A DNA stretch of 64,000 bases from Candidatus Obscuribacteraceae bacterium (GCA_044229845.1 JBGASG010000002.1:256001-320000), one strand, 5' to 3'; positions 28,911 to 39,383 are shown, counted from the first letter of the stretch. The notes: a model not told the origin generated them from the sequence alone. Translations and numbers: made by a program.

Positions 28911-29054
28911 GCAGCACCACAAAACTGGCGTTTTCTTGGGGGCGCCGGCCAACAGCCGGCTTCTATGCTGCACCAGGTAATTTGGCGTTTTCCTGGAGCG
29001 CCGGCACGTTAGCCGGCGCAGCTGGGCAGCTGGCGTTTCCCTCGAAAACGCCAG
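28911..29054. repeat. Degenerate ~56-bp tandem duplication containing REP-like GCCGGC-N5/6-GCCGGC hairpins
   Basis: TGGCGTTTTCttgGgGGCGCCGGCcaacaGCCGGC and TGGCGTTTTCctgGaGCGCCGGCacgttaGCCGGC, then hairpin CTGGCGTTT-ccctcga-AAACGCCAG. Confidence 0.6.
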
Positions 29055-29240
29055 GGTCTGCTGCGGCATGGGACACACCAGCGGTGGTGGCGCGTAATTG
29101 AGGAGTCCCGGTATCTCGCTTTTTCGCAAAGACACGGCGCATGGCGGGGGGGAAACCATGTCGGCTACGCCGCGCGTGCAAACGCGGCTGTGTCTAGCGA
29201 AATAGCGAGATGCTATCTGCACCAACACAGGATAGACAGC

Positions 29241-29708
29241 ATGCTCAGATTATGCGCACTCAAAATGTGCCTCGTGACTGGATTGATCGCTTTGTTTCTG
29301 CACACCATTCCGACCGCAGCCCAGGCCAATGTCGATTATCTAGCCTGGCCGCAGTTGACCGAGAAAGGCGCACGCGCCATGAATTCCCAACGTTATGACA
29401 CAGCGGAGGTCTGCTTCCTGGGCAGCATCCAGAGCCTCTCGCCGTATCCCAGCTGTGCCACCAAAGACTATCACCTTTACCAATCCTACTCTCAGCTAGC
29501 CAGTATTTACAAAATCAGAAACAACCCGGTCGACGAACTGCGCTGCCAGTTTGCCGCCCAGTGGCACCAGTTCTGGGGCTATGCCGTCGCTGTCGCTCCG
29601 TTCAAAATCGGCGAAGCCCTGCCGTATTTCCTGATCGTGGTGGCAGTTCTGGAGACGATCTTCGCCGTAGCGTTCGGGATGCGACCTAATAAAGTTCACG
29701 AAGAGTAG
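29241..29708 (+). CDS. Hypothetical exported/membrane protein with a TPR-like helix pair
   Basis: Signal peptide and C-terminal TM helix. Confidence 0.65.
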   Translation: MLRLCALKMCLVTGLIALFLHTIPTAAQANVDYLAWPQLTEKGARAMNSQRYDTAEVCFLGSIQSLSPYPSCATKDYHLYQSYSQLASIYKIRNNPVDELRCQFAAQWHQFWGYAVAVAPFKIGEALPYFLIVVAVLETIFAVAFGMRPNKVHEE

Positions 29709-30735
29709 TGCGCAAGCCGCTGCCCTCGACGATGTCGGTGCTGTCGCTCAGTTGATCGATGCCACCATACAGACGGCGCGCCGCAATCGCCTTCACGGTT
29801 TCATCCTTGATTTGTCGTTTTATCGCCTCTGAAAACTCACCCATGCTGATCACTTTGAACGGGCGATCGTGAAAACTTTTTACCTCCGCAGGCAGCGCCT
29901 CGGTGATACCAAGGGCGTTATGGCGGGCGGCAACGACGGCATATGCAGCACACAGATGCCGTTCACGCTCCTGCCATTCGACAGCCGCCAGAGCGCGGCG
30001 CAAATGCGGCTGCAAATCCGCTGCGGCAGCGAGCCTGGCAAACGCCGTTCCGAACCATTTCGGGTACGGAGCGTAGCGCCTTTCCATCAAGAAACAAAGA
30101 CGCATCAAGTCGCGCACCAACCGAGCGGCGATCAGCGCCGAACCGATTTCATCGCCGACATAGCCGGCCCGCCCCATCAAGTGCTCTTCCTGCTCGATGC
30201 GCTTCCAACCGGCAGCCAGCAAGTAAAGCCAGACATCATGCGGATAGTAGAGAAACCGTTCGCGCACCGCCTGCAACAGGCCGCCGTCGTCGTGAAAAAC
30301 CCGTCCGGCGGTCGCCGTCGCCAGCTTTTGCTGAGGAAACGTCAACCAGTCGGCCGGCTCGATCCGGCGCTCGATGTCGAAACCGAGGTGTTCCATGAAG
30401 AACATCGCCGGCGTCAAAATCTCGACGCGATGCTCGCCTCCGACGCGCGTCGGGTAACCGAGAAATTCCCGGGGCAGATGCAGCGCCAGAGTTGCCGCCA
30501 TGTCCGCTGCCAGGCGCTCGTGGTCAGGGCCGGTCGAGAGAAATATCTGCGCCCGCGGACCCCAGTCATGGTCGCTGGACATCGGTGTGTCAAAACCCAG
30601 AACCTCAGAGCCGTCGCCTATCAGCGCAGCACTGTATGTGGTGCCGGACCAGTGCCGGTCGAGAACAGGCTTGATCGCTTCGCGGAAAAACCGCTCGCTC
30701 AAATCCAATCCCGGAATAAACTCGGCGCCGGTCAA
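29686..30735 (-). CDS. DUF4037 domain protein
   Basis: GSEVLGFD..S.DHDWGPR, YYPHDVW, YAPYPKWFG; a TTG start at 30735 avoids overlap with the helicase gene. Confidence 0.85.
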   Translation of the reverse strand: MTGAEFIPGLDLSERFFREAIKPVLDRHWSGTTYSAALIGDGSEVLGFDTPMSSDHDWGPRAQIFLSTGPDHERLAADMAATLALHLPREFLGYPTRVGGEHRVEILTPAMFFMEHLGFDIERRIEPADWLTFPQQKLATATAGRVFHDDGGLLQAVRERFLYYPHDVWLYLLAAGWKRIEQEEHLMGRAGYVGDEIGSALIAARLVRDLMRLCFLMERRYAPYPKWFGTAFARLAAAADLQPHLRRALAAVEWQERERHLCAAYAVVAARHNALGITEALPAEVKSFHDRPFKVISMGEFSEAIKRQIKDETVKAIAARRLYGGIDQLSDSTDIVEGSGLRTTLRELY

Positions 30736-30739
30736 GAAA

Positions 30740-31909
30740 CTAAACGATGCGACGGCGTCCGCGCCCAAACGAGCGCCCGCCGGGACTCGGTGTCTTGGAT
30801 GCCGGACGAATCGGCGGCAAAAACTCGCGACCCACCAGTTTCTCGACATCGCGCAAAAGGTGCTGTTGTTCTTCCGAAACGAATGTGACGGCGATGCCGG
30901 TCTTGCCGTTTCTTCCCGTTCTGCCGATGCGGTGCACGTACTCTTCCGGCGTGTTGGGCACGTCGTAATTGATCACGTGAGTGATGTTGGTGATGTCCAG
31001 CCCGCGGGCAGCAACGTCGGTCGCCACCAGCACCGGGAACTCACCGCGACGGAAACGAGCAATCGTGCTTTCGCGCTGCTTCTGGCTGATGTCGCCGTGC
31101 ACTTCTTCGGCAATCACTTTCGAATCGCGCAAGCGGTCGGTGACCCAGGTGGCCTTGCGGCGTGTGCCGGTGAAGACCAATACCGAAGAATCACCGAATT
31201 CCTGCAGCAGGCGGAAAAGCAGATCGTCCTTGGCAAACTCGTGCACATTAATCACACGTTGTTCGATGGTGTCCGGCTCCAGTTCTTCCGTGTTGACGCG
31301 GACAATCGCCGGTTCCATGCAAAACGTCGACGCCAGCCGTTCGATGCGATCGTCGATGGTGGCGGAAAACATCATCGTCTGCCGCTCAGTGGGCACGCGA
31401 TTGATGATGCGCCGCACCTGCGGCATAAAGCCCATGTCCATCATGCGATCCGCTTCATCCAGCACCAGCACTTCAATGGTGGCAAGACTGACGGTCTTGC
31501 TTTCCATGAAGTCGATTAAGCGACCGGGCGTGGCCACAATCACATCGACTCCGCGCTCCAGCGAATTGCGCTGTGTATGATAACTGGTGCCACCATATAG
31601 AGTGGCAACCCGCAGCTTGTTGTGCTTGGCAAACAGTTTCAGCTGTTCGCTGACCTGCATCGCCAGTTCGCGCGTCGGCACCAGGACCAGAGCCCGCGGC
31701 GACTCGTCGCGCTCTTCGAGCATGTCGACAAGTGGCAGACCATAAGCAGCTGTCTTACCGGAACCCGTGTGCGCCGATGCCACCACATCCCTGCCGTTGA
31801 GAGCGATGCCGATGGTTTGACGTTGTATATCCGTTGGCTCAACGAAGCCTATATCTTTGAGGGACTTCAGCACGGGGCCTGACAATCCCAGCTCCACAAA
31901 TGTACTCAA
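30740..31909 (-). CDS. DEAD-box RNA helicase
   Basis: Q motif, TGSGKT, PTRELA, TPGR, DEAD, SAT, ARGLD, HRIGRTGR. Confidence 0.96.
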   Translation of the reverse strand: MSTFVELGLSGPVLKSLKDIGFVEPTDIQRQTIGIALNGRDVVASAHTGSGKTAAYGLPLVDMLEERDESPRALVLVPTRELAMQVSEQLKLFAKHNKLRVATLYGGTSYHTQRNSLERGVDVIVATPGRLIDFMESKTVSLATIEVLVLDEADRMMDMGFMPQVRRIINRVPTERQTMMFSATIDDRIERLASTFCMEPAIVRVNTEELEPDTIEQRVINVHEFAKDDLLFRLLQEFGDSSVLVFTGTRRKATWVTDRLRDSKVIAEEVHGDISQKQRESTIARFRRGEFPVLVATDVAARGLDITNITHVINYDVPNTPEEYVHRIGRTGRNGKTGIAVTFVSEEQQHLLRDVEKLVGREFLPPIRPASKTPSPGGRSFGRGRRRIV

Positions 31910-32174
31910 ACTGATTTCCTTAATTCGAGCAGGATACTCACTGCTCCTTCACACTGCCTGCCGCGCGGCACTCATTTGGAAAAACCTTTCCATTCACATC
32001 TCTCGGTAAACTCTGTTGAACAGATTGGGAGAGGGATAGCGGCCTTAACGTAATCGACTAATTGTTGCATAAATTAAGTCAAATGTCTAATCCCTGCGCG
32101 CTTTTGCCTGGCTGAGCCCGGTCGGGTAAACTGAGTACATCGACGCAAACCTGCATCCAACCTGGGGTTTCCTC

Positions 32175-32564
32175 ATGAAAAAGAGCCTTTTAACAACTAT
32201 TACGGCAGCTGCAATACTCGCGCTTTCGGGTTGTGGGCAAGCCGGGTCGGACACTGGCAACGTCGGTCCTGTTCTGAGCCAGGCAGGTACCGACGCTTAC
32301 AACACAGTCAATCAGTATTCCAGCGAAAATGGCGGAACGCTGCCGCCCAACGCCAGCGCTCTCAGCGCTTACGCGGTGCAAAAGGGCATCAAACTGGCGT
32401 ATCCGGTAATTGATCTGAGCGCAGAAAGCTGGAAGATGTACAGCCAGACACCGCGGCCTGCCATCGGCAATGGTGCCCTGCACAATTTGATCGGCTATTA
32501 CGTCGACCAGAACACGAAGCGCTTCGGTATTTGCACCGAAGCCGCCACTCTGTCCAATCAATAG
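32175..32564 (+). CDS. Small lipoprotein
   Basis: Lipobox LSGC after a hydrophobic leader. Confidence 0.75.
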   Translation: MKKSLLTTITAAAILALSGCGQAGSDTGNVGPVLSQAGTDAYNTVNQYSSENGGTLPPNASALSAYAVQKGIKLAYPVIDLSAESWKMYSQTPRPAIGNGALHNLIGYYVDQNTKRFGICTEAATLSNQ

Positions 32565-32567
32565 ACT

Positions 32568-33716
32568 CTACTTTTTGAGCGTTACCGGGCGAATGCCAAT
32601 CTTGGTGCGCATCAGCGCGTACGGCCGCTCGCGGGCTTCGACGCTGTTATGAAACTGCGCCTGCCTGTGCAATTGATTGACAGTGAAGTAGAGATAGCCG
32701 TCGCTGGCCAAACACATCGTATCCGGCCACATGAGGCGCAGGTCGTGAATCAGCGTTTCGTACTGCCCTCTGGCATTGCGCCGCACGATGGCGTTGTGCT
32801 CGTAGTTGGTGATGTACAGGTTGCCGGCACCATCCGATTCCAGCCCATCGGCACCGCCACCTTTGTCTCCCAGTTTGATCACCGTCTTCGCCACCTGCGC
32901 ATCAGTCAGTTTGGCATTGCTGAGCGCATCGACACTGACGCTGTACAACTGACGACTGGAGAGCGGGCAGTAGAACAGGCGCTTACCATCGGCACTGATG
33001 GCGATACCATCGCTGCCGACCGCTATGTGCTGCGGCGGCTTGTTGGCGGGGCGCACCATCAGTGGTTGCCCCTCGACGACCGGCAAAAAGCCGGGTTCGG
33101 CTTTCGTAGAAAAATGATTGGCGAGCCGTCTCCAGCTTTTACCGCTGGACAGATCGACAACAATGATGCCGCCACTGCTGCTGGAGTCGGTGATGTATGC
33201 CATGCCGCCTTTGCCGCGCCGCAAATCAAAACGCACATCGTTCAAATAACTGCGCGGCAACGCCACATTTGCTGGGAACAAGATCTTCTTCGCCACCTTA
33301 TTAGTGGACAGGTCGATGCCCACTAGTTTTGGTCCGCCAAACTTCGTCGGTCCGAAAGCAATGCTGCCAGTATCGAGAATCCAGAGCATGTCGTTGGCAT
33401 CAACCACGACGCTCTGCACAGACACCAGTCCGTCAGACTGGAAGGGCACTTCATTGCCGTTGACCAGCTCCGCAACGGTGGCGGTGACGTTGTCGCCCCA
33501 ACGCGGATAATTCACAAAGATGCGACCTCTGTGAGAAACGGTCACTCCGGTAGGCATCGGTCCGTTGAAGGTTTTGACGACTTCCATGTTGCCGAAATAC
33601 TTTTCGGTCGGCAGTTTCACCTGCTGCGCACGCACCGGCTGCACCGGCGCCGCCAGCCAGACGACGGCATACGCCAGAACCAGAACCAACGACGCAAGAC
33701 GTCCACGCTGCAACAT
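32568..33716 (-). CDS. Major-royal-jelly/yellow-like beta-propeller protein, exported
   Basis: PTGVTVS..GRIFVNYPRWGD, LWILDTG, YLNDVRFD, GSDGIA, WPDT. Confidence 0.88.
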   Translation of the reverse strand: MLQRGRLASLVLVLAYAVVWLAAPVQPVRAQQVKLPTEKYFGNMEVVKTFNGPMPTGVTVSHRGRIFVNYPRWGDNVTATVAELVNGNEVPFQSDGLVSVQSVVVDANDMLWILDTGSIAFGPTKFGGPKLVGIDLSTNKVAKKILFPANVALPRSYLNDVRFDLRRGKGGMAYITDSSSSGGIIVVDLSSGKSWRRLANHFSTKAEPGFLPVVEGQPLMVRPANKPPQHIAVGSDGIAISADGKRLFYCPLSSRQLYSVSVDALSNAKLTDAQVAKTVIKLGDKGGGADGLESDGAGNLYITNYEHNAIVRRNARGQYETLIHDLRLMWPDTMCLASDGYLYFTVNQLHRQAQFHNSVEARERPYALMRTKIGIRPVTLKK

Positions 33717-33762
33717 GACAGCCACCTCAAACGATGCGCCTGAGATTATATCCGACGTATGG

Positions 33763-35238
33763 CTATTCAACGACTTGCGCCAGCCGTTTCACACCTTCAT
33801 TGATCTCTGCGGCGGACAGCGCTCCGTAATTCATGATGAACGACGCACCGGATCTGTGAGTCGCAAAGTGCATCGACGGCAGGATGCCCACACCCAGTTT
33901 GAGCGCCCGCTCCACAATCGTTTGCTCCGACATATCGGTCTGAAAGTGCACCAGAACGTGGATGCCGGCATCCTCACCGACCACCTGCACGCGCTTGCCG
34001 AAGTAGTGGCGCAACGCGGCGATCAAGACGCCGCGCCGCTCTTCGTACACTTTGCGCATGCGCCGCACATGCCGCTCCAGATGCCCTTGATCGATAAAAT
34101 CAGCCAGCACTTGCTGCTCGAGAATCGGCGAATGGCGATCGGTGAGCCACTTTCCGTGGGTGAAGACGTGCACCAGATCTGGTGGCACCACCATATAGCC
34201 CAGTCGCAACGAAACAAAGAGCACTTTGGAAAACGTTCCTATATATATGACCCGGTTGTTGTTGTCCAATCCCGCCAGAGCCGGCACCGGCTTGCCGTGA
34301 TAGCGAATCTCGCTGTCGTAGTCGTCTTCGACTATGAAGGTGTTGGTGCGTTGCGCCCAACCCAGAAGCTCCAGGCGGCGAGCCAGTGATAACGATGCGC
34401 CCGTCGGGAACTGGTGCGAGGGCGTCAGGTAGAGAAACTTGAGGCGCGGTGTATCGCCCTGCAACAACTGCGTGGTAGAGATGCCTTCTTTGTCGACAGA
34501 AATCGGGAAGCAGCGCGCGCCGTGCGCTTCGAAAATCGTCTTGGCACCGACCCAGCACGGATCTTCTAAGCCGACATGATCGCCGCGTTCGACAAACGCG
34601 CGCGACACCAGATCCATGGCTTGCTGCGATCCATTCACAATCACTATTTGCGATGCATCGACTTTCATGCCGCGCGCTCGCCCGAGATAGCGAGCCAGAG
34701 CCTCGCGCAAAGGAGCATAGCCCTGCGAGCGCTTCGGCATGTCCAGCTGCGAAAACTGTTTGCGCTTGCAATGCATATTGAGCAGCCTGAGCCACGTGCT
34801 CATCGGGAACGAATCCATATCAGGTCTGCCGAAAGCAAACTGAATCTCCGGCTCCTGGTTGCTACCCAGAAGTTCGGTTTTCGCCAGATGGCGCCCGAAA
34901 TTTGAGAGCGTGTCGAACACCTGTTCGCGACAAAGTGCACTGGGTTCGAACGGCACGAACGGCTGCGCTCGCGCCTCCATCAATTCATCCGGCAATTCGG
35001 AGGCAACGAAAGTGCCGGCCCCAATCTTGCCGTCCAGATAGCCTTCGCTGACCAGCGCGTCATAGACCAGCGTCACGGTCGTTCGCGAGATACCAAGAGA
35101 TCGAGCCAGCTCACGACTGGGCGGCAGCTTCATGCCGCGAGCCAATCGTCCGACCAAAATTCCTGTCCGGATTTCATTATAAAGCTGCCGTTGTAAAGGT
35201 TCAGTACCGGTGGGGTCGACCGTGATTGCTAGCTGCAT
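33763..35238 (-). CDS. MocR/PdxR-type GntR regulator with PLP aminotransferase domain
   Basis: wHTH LPPSRELARSLGISRTTV; TPSHQFPTG, EDDYDSE, GTFSK. Confidence 0.93.
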   Translation of the reverse strand: MQLAITVDPTGTEPLQRQLYNEIRTGILVGRLARGMKLPPSRELARSLGISRTTVTLVYDALVSEGYLDGKIGAGTFVASELPDELMEARAQPFVPFEPSALCREQVFDTLSNFGRHLAKTELLGSNQEPEIQFAFGRPDMDSFPMSTWLRLLNMHCKRKQFSQLDMPKRSQGYAPLREALARYLGRARGMKVDASQIVIVNGSQQAMDLVSRAFVERGDHVGLEDPCWVGAKTIFEAHGARCFPISVDKEGISTTQLLQGDTPRLKFLYLTPSHQFPTGASLSLARRLELLGWAQRTNTFIVEDDYDSEIRYHGKPVPALAGLDNNNRVIYIGTFSKVLFVSLRLGYMVVPPDLVHVFTHGKWLTDRHSPILEQQVLADFIDQGHLERHVRRMRKVYEERRGVLIAALRHYFGKRVQVVGEDAGIHVLVHFQTDMSEQTIVERALKLGVGILPSMHFATHRSGASFIMNYGALSAAEINEGVKRLAQVVE

Positions 35239-35244
35239 ACGCTT

Positions 35245-35292
35245 AATTGGTCTTATTGATATTTCCAAAATGGACCTTTCCATAATACCAAT
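35245..35292. promoter_or_regulatory. Probable MocR-family operator (two direct repeats plus one inverted repeat)
   Basis: AATTGGTCTT(35245) and AAATGGACCT(35268), inverted ACCAAT(35287), in the divergent gap. Confidence 0.6.
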
Positions 35293-35436
35293 CAGCCATT
35301 AGCATGTACATAGAAACGGGAATAATCCCGTTAGGCGAGCACAAAACCAAGGGCACCCCGAGCCCGGCAAACACACGGTTCACGCGGCGCAGTATGCCCG
35401 GCGCGAGCGACAGCGTTGTGTTTGAAGGAGACCGAC

Positions 35437-36519
35437 ATGACGACTGAATTCAACAAAACCAATCTGCACGCTCTGCGCACAACCGAAGACACCAGCGCAG
35501 GCAACGCAGAAAGCACCGGCGCAGGTCCCTCTCCGCTGGTCGTCTACAGCATGCTGGCTTTCTGCCTGATCACGTGGGCAAGCGCGTATTGCTTCATTCG
35601 CGTCGCCGTCAACACTTACGAGCCCCAGCACCTCTCGGCGCTGCGCTTCTTCTTCGCCTCAATTTTTCTGATCCTCTTCGCCCCCAAGGCGAAACTCAGC
35701 ATTCCCCGTGGTGGCACTCTGGTGCGCCTCCTCTGCTACGGATTCTGTGGTATCTCGCTCTACAACATCTTGTTGTGCCTCGGCGAGAAAACCGTCAGCG
35801 CCGGCACTGCTAGTTTCATCATCGGCATTTCGCCTCTCTTCACAGCACTTCTGGCGTCGGCCATTCTCAAAGAAAAAATCGGCAAACGCGGATGGATAGC
35901 TCTTCTGGGAGCGTTCATCGGTGCGGGGATCATGTCGCTTGGCTGCACATCCGGTTTCACCATTTCGCCGGCCATCCTGCTGCTGCTCTTCGCCTCCCTG
36001 CTGAGTGGTGTCGCCATCGTTCTCAACAAAAGCATCCTCAACACCATGCGTCCCGTGGAGAGCACCATATACGGTGTATGGGCCGGCACGCTCTTCCTGG
36101 TGCCGTTCCTGCCCGGCGCGTTCGCAACCATGGCACATGCACCGCTGACCGCCACCCTCGCCTGCGCATTCCTGGGCGTCTTCCCAGCAGCACTGGGCAC
36201 CCTCGGCTGGTCATTCGTTCTCAAATACTCGTCCGCCAACCGCGCCGCGCGCTTCCTCTACCTGATACCGGTGATCACCGCCATTCAATCGAGCGTCTTC
36301 CTCGGTGAACCACCAGGCATGCTGGAATCAATCGGTGCCGTCGTCACGCTGCTTTCAGTCGTTTCGGCCAGCCCTATGGTGGTTGGACTCTTGCGACCGA
36401 CCGGTCCGGTCCACTTCAAATTCGGTGAACTGCGCCTCAATCTTGAGCGCCTGGTATCAGACTGCCTGCGCCGCAAAACATGCTGCGACGACCCGGCTTG
36501 CGTGCAGACCACTCGATAA
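35437..36519 (+). CDS. EamA/DMT family transporter
   Basis: About 10 TM segments in two EamA-like halves; AAGGAG RBS; divergent from the MocR regulator. Confidence 0.9.
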   Translation: MTTEFNKTNLHALRTTEDTSAGNAESTGAGPSPLVVYSMLAFCLITWASAYCFIRVAVNTYEPQHLSALRFFFASIFLILFAPKAKLSIPRGGTLVRLLCYGFCGISLYNILLCLGEKTVSAGTASFIIGISPLFTALLASAILKEKIGKRGWIALLGAFIGAGIMSLGCTSGFTISPAILLLLFASLLSGVAIVLNKSILNTMRPVESTIYGVWAGTLFLVPFLPGAFATMAHAPLTATLACAFLGVFPAALGTLGWSFVLKYSSANRAARFLYLIPVITAIQSSVFLGEPPGMLESIGAVVTLLSVVSASPMVVGLLRPTGPVHFKFGELRLNLERLVSDCLRRKTCCDDPACVQTTR

Positions 36520-36579
36520 CTGCCCGACACAACTCGCTGATTGCCAAGAGACACACGAAGCCCAGGGGGAGCGCCCCGA

Positions 36580-36636
36580 GCCCAAGTGATATCACTTCGC
36601 ATTTTCCAGCCGGAGCTAAAGTGATATCACTTCAGT
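36580..36636. repeat. GATATC-core palindromic repeat, 2 copies (35-bp period)
   Basis: AAGTGATATCACTT twice. Confidence 0.85.
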
Positions 36637-36733
36637 TTTGACGAACTGGTTGCCAGAAGGTTCTGGACTCGGGCGCATGTCAACATGAGCGGCCGCCACC
36701 ATCTAAGGTATAGTTTTGGAAAGCGGAGTTCGT

Positions 36734-37003
36734 ATGGCGCTCTACACGTTTTTTCTCAGTTTTCGCGAAGGGACCTACATTTCTCAGGTCACCGCGTCTT
36801 CAACCAAGCAAGCACCCAAAGAGTGGGCGGAGAATCTCGAAGAGTGGTCCGTACCAGGTCTGGGAGCAGCCGGCGTCCAGCAGATCAAGCAACAGATCGG
36901 ATCGCTGGCCGTGGTTCCCATCGACAAATGTAAGCATGTCTGGAGCTATACGGTGATCGTTCGAGGAAACGCCGCCATAGTTCACTTTGTGCAGACCGAG
37001 TAG
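36734..37003 (+). CDS. Small hypothetical protein
   Basis: GGAG RBS, 89 aa, ends 5 nt before crcB. Confidence 0.65.
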   Translation: MALYTFFLSFREGTYISQVTASSTKQAPKEWAENLEEWSVPGLGAAGVQQIKQQIGSLAVVPIDKCKHVWSYTVIVRGNAAIVHFVQTE

Positions 37004-37008
37004 CAGAA

Positions 37009-37398
37009 ATGGATTTTGCGCTGGTCTTCGTGGGTGGTGGCATAGGATCTCTGTGCCGTTATCTCGTCAATTTAGCCGTTGTTAAATACTTGCCGATCGG
37101 TGTTTTTCCACTGGGTACCTTCACCGTCAACATGGTCGGTTGCGTAATTATTGGTGTGGTCGCGTATCTCGCCACCGAGAAAGCGATTATTCCAGCACAC
37201 ATCAAATTGTTGCTCACCGTCGGCTTCCTGGGCGGTTTCACCACGTTTTCATCCTTCGGTTTCGAAACCTTCGATCTGATCCGCAACGGGCATTACGGTT
37301 TTGCGATCGGCAATGCCGTCACGCAAGTGATTATGGGAACTGTCGGAGCCTGGGCTGGTTTCTCCATAGGCGCGCAGCTTTCGCGCTCCTGGAACTAG
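37009..37398 (+). CDS. crcB: Fluoride efflux channel Fluc/CrcB
   Basis: GGGIGS..RY, GTFTVNMVGC, GFLGGFTTFSSF. Confidence 0.95.
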   Translation: MDFALVFVGGGIGSLCRYLVNLAVVKYLPIGVFPLGTFTVNMVGCVIIGVVAYLATEKAIIPAHIKLLLTVGFLGGFTTFSSFGFETFDLIRNGHYGFAIGNAVTQVIMGTVGAWAGFSIGAQLSRSWN

Positions 37399-37414
37399 CT
37401 CTCCGAGCACCAGG

Positions 37415-38058
37415 TTACCAGGCTTCTCCAACGCAGATCCATCCGGCCCAGGCTACCGGGTTGGCAAAATTGCCGCCTTCCTTTTTGACTGAGAGCTGCG
37501 CCTTGCGCAGTGCCTCAGCAATCGGCATCTTCTCCTGCAAGACGTTGTTATAGAAACGATCCATGATCAGCAGCGTCGCCGCATCAGGCACCTTCCATAA
37601 CGACATAACAATGCACCGCGCACCGGCAGCCATGATCGCGGCGCGCAAACCAAGCACGCCCTGACCGGTTACTTCCTCGCCCAGTCCGGTTTCGCACGCC
37701 GACAATGTCACCAGCTTTGTTTGATGGTGCCAAAACATTCAACGCTGCCACCACATCCGGGGTCCCGCGAAACACGCACCGCCTCCTCGAAGTTACCGGC
37801 ATCGATTAGAGGTGAGAGCTGCGCCTTCAATCGGTCGACACTGTCTTCGTCGCCGAAATTGACAGAAGGACTCGCCTGCGGCCGTCCCTCTTGCTTGCCG
37901 GCCGCTTGCGCACCACTAGTGGTGCCAATCAGCACCAGCAGAGACACAAGGATAGTGCACCGGCAGATTCGCCTTACTTCGGGAAGCATCATGCTTGGAA
38001 TCGGTTTGACATCCGGCAACTTAATCTTAACAGTCCATTCTATAGCCCGCGAAGCCAT
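37415..38058 (-). pseudogene. Collapsed remnant of a signal peptide-TPR-CHAT gene
   Basis: Signal and first helix in one frame, TPR fragment PDVVAALNVLA in a second, CHAT C-terminus (TKLVTLSACETGLG...SLWKVPD...WAGW) in a third. Confidence 0.8.
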
Positions 38059-38093
38059 TTATGCCTGATAATAGGGCTAAGGAGACCTATCCT

Positions 38094-38372
38094 GTGAAAC
38101 AACAACGCGAAAACTGCGTGTTCTGCGGCAGCGCCGAGTGTGAAAACCCGGGCGTTCCCGGTCAATGGCTGGTCAATTACGCCAAGGGCAAGTGCGAGAA
38201 GAAGCGGTCTGAAGACATCGAAGTGTATTCGGATGACGAATTAAAAGAGTTCATTCCGCAAGAGCCTCTCCTTCATCAGCTGTACGACAGCAAGCGCAAG
38301 AAAGGCATGTCTAAGTACGATGCCTTCCTGCACATCTTGAACCGGACAATCGAAAAGTCCGAGAAAAAATAA
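38094..38372 (+). CDS. Small hypothetical protein with CxxCx4C motif
   Basis: AAGGAG RBS before GTG at 38094; CVFCGSAEC. Confidence 0.6.
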   Translation: MKQQRENCVFCGSAECENPGVPGQWLVNYAKGKCEKKRSEDIEVYSDDELKEFIPQEPLLHQLYDSKRKKGMSKYDAFLHILNRTIEKSEKK

Positions 38373-38388
38373 GATACCGTATTTGGTG

Positions 38389-38613
38389 CTAAGGGCGTTT
38401 CATTTCGCGAGTCTGGTCAGAAGCCTTCGCGCGTACCCTGCGCAGCTTCGGATGTTCCTCTGTTTCGGCCAGAGATTCGGTGGTGCCTTTGGGCAATTCT
38501 TCCGTTTCCTTCTCTTGCAATTCAAGATTGGGTATTTGGTTTTGCTGTTCGCGAGCTTGCAGCGGGTCTTGCATGTCTTTGCCCTCCAGGCGCGTCAGAG
38601 AACTGGATGTCAC
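38389..38613 (-). CDS. Possible small hydrophilic protein
   Basis: Fills an intergenic gap; charged, low-complexity translation. Confidence 0.35.
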   Translation of the reverse strand: MTSSSLTRLEGKDMQDPLQAREQQNQIPNLELQEKETEELPKGTTESLAETEEHPKLRRVRAKASDQTREMKRP

Positions 38614-38704
38614 GACGAACGTGGAACCTCTACTGTTTCACTGGAGGCAGTTAGGCGAGGAAGCTATAATTCTGGGGTCCGTCGTATGACATAGGTGCCG
38701 TTTC

Positions 38705-39310
38705 ATGAAACAAGCCTTTACACTCCTCTTGACTGCCGCATATGTGTTTGCGGCTTTGCCGGCATTCGCCGACGAGGAGGCGGCCGCGACTACAAACAGT
38801 GCATCTGAAACAACGTCTGCAGCCGACAAGAAAGCTAAAGCGGACGCAAAAGCGAAAGCCAGCGAAACGCAAAGCACCGAAGCAAGCAGCACCGACGAGA
38901 AGGCAAAGTCCGACGGCGACGACAAAACCAAATCAGACGACAAAGCAAAATCGGACGGCGACGATAAAACCAAATCCGATACCACCAAAAAAGCAAAGGG
39001 CGCAAAAACCCCCGCCAAAGGCAATATCGCTTCGCGCGCCGCGTCCTTCGTCGCCGGCAGCATCGTCGGCATGCCGGTGGCCATCGCCCGCGAAATCGGC
39101 GGCGAAACAAAGATTGCCACCAGAGACCTGGTCGGCGAAACCAACAACTGGTTCAAAATCATTCCGGCTTTACCGATGGGTTTCATCGGTGGCTGCCTGA
39201 GTGCCGCACCGCAAGGTTTGATGTTCGGCATCAAAAACGCATGGGAAGGCAGTCACGACGAACCATTCGGACGAGAAGCGTTCAGCCTCGCCGACGAGCT
39301 GGAAAAATAA
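38705..39310 (+). CDS. Exported protein with K/D-rich repeat and glycine-rich C-terminal helices
   Basis: Signal peptide AFA-D; KAKSDGDDKTKSD duplicated. Confidence 0.75.
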   Translation: MKQAFTLLLTAAYVFAALPAFADEEAAATTNSASETTSAADKKAKADAKAKASETQSTEASSTDEKAKSDGDDKTKSDDKAKSDGDDKTKSDTTKKAKGAKTPAKGNIASRAASFVAGSIVGMPVAIAREIGGETKIATRDLVGETNNWFKIIPALPMGFIGGCLSAAPQGLMFGIKNAWEGSHDEPFGREAFSLADELEK

Positions 39311-39383
39311 CTGCTTCCGTGCCGAGCAATCGCGAGATAATTTGATCTGCTCAGCTTTGTAATGGCTAAGCACAGGAGTTAAG

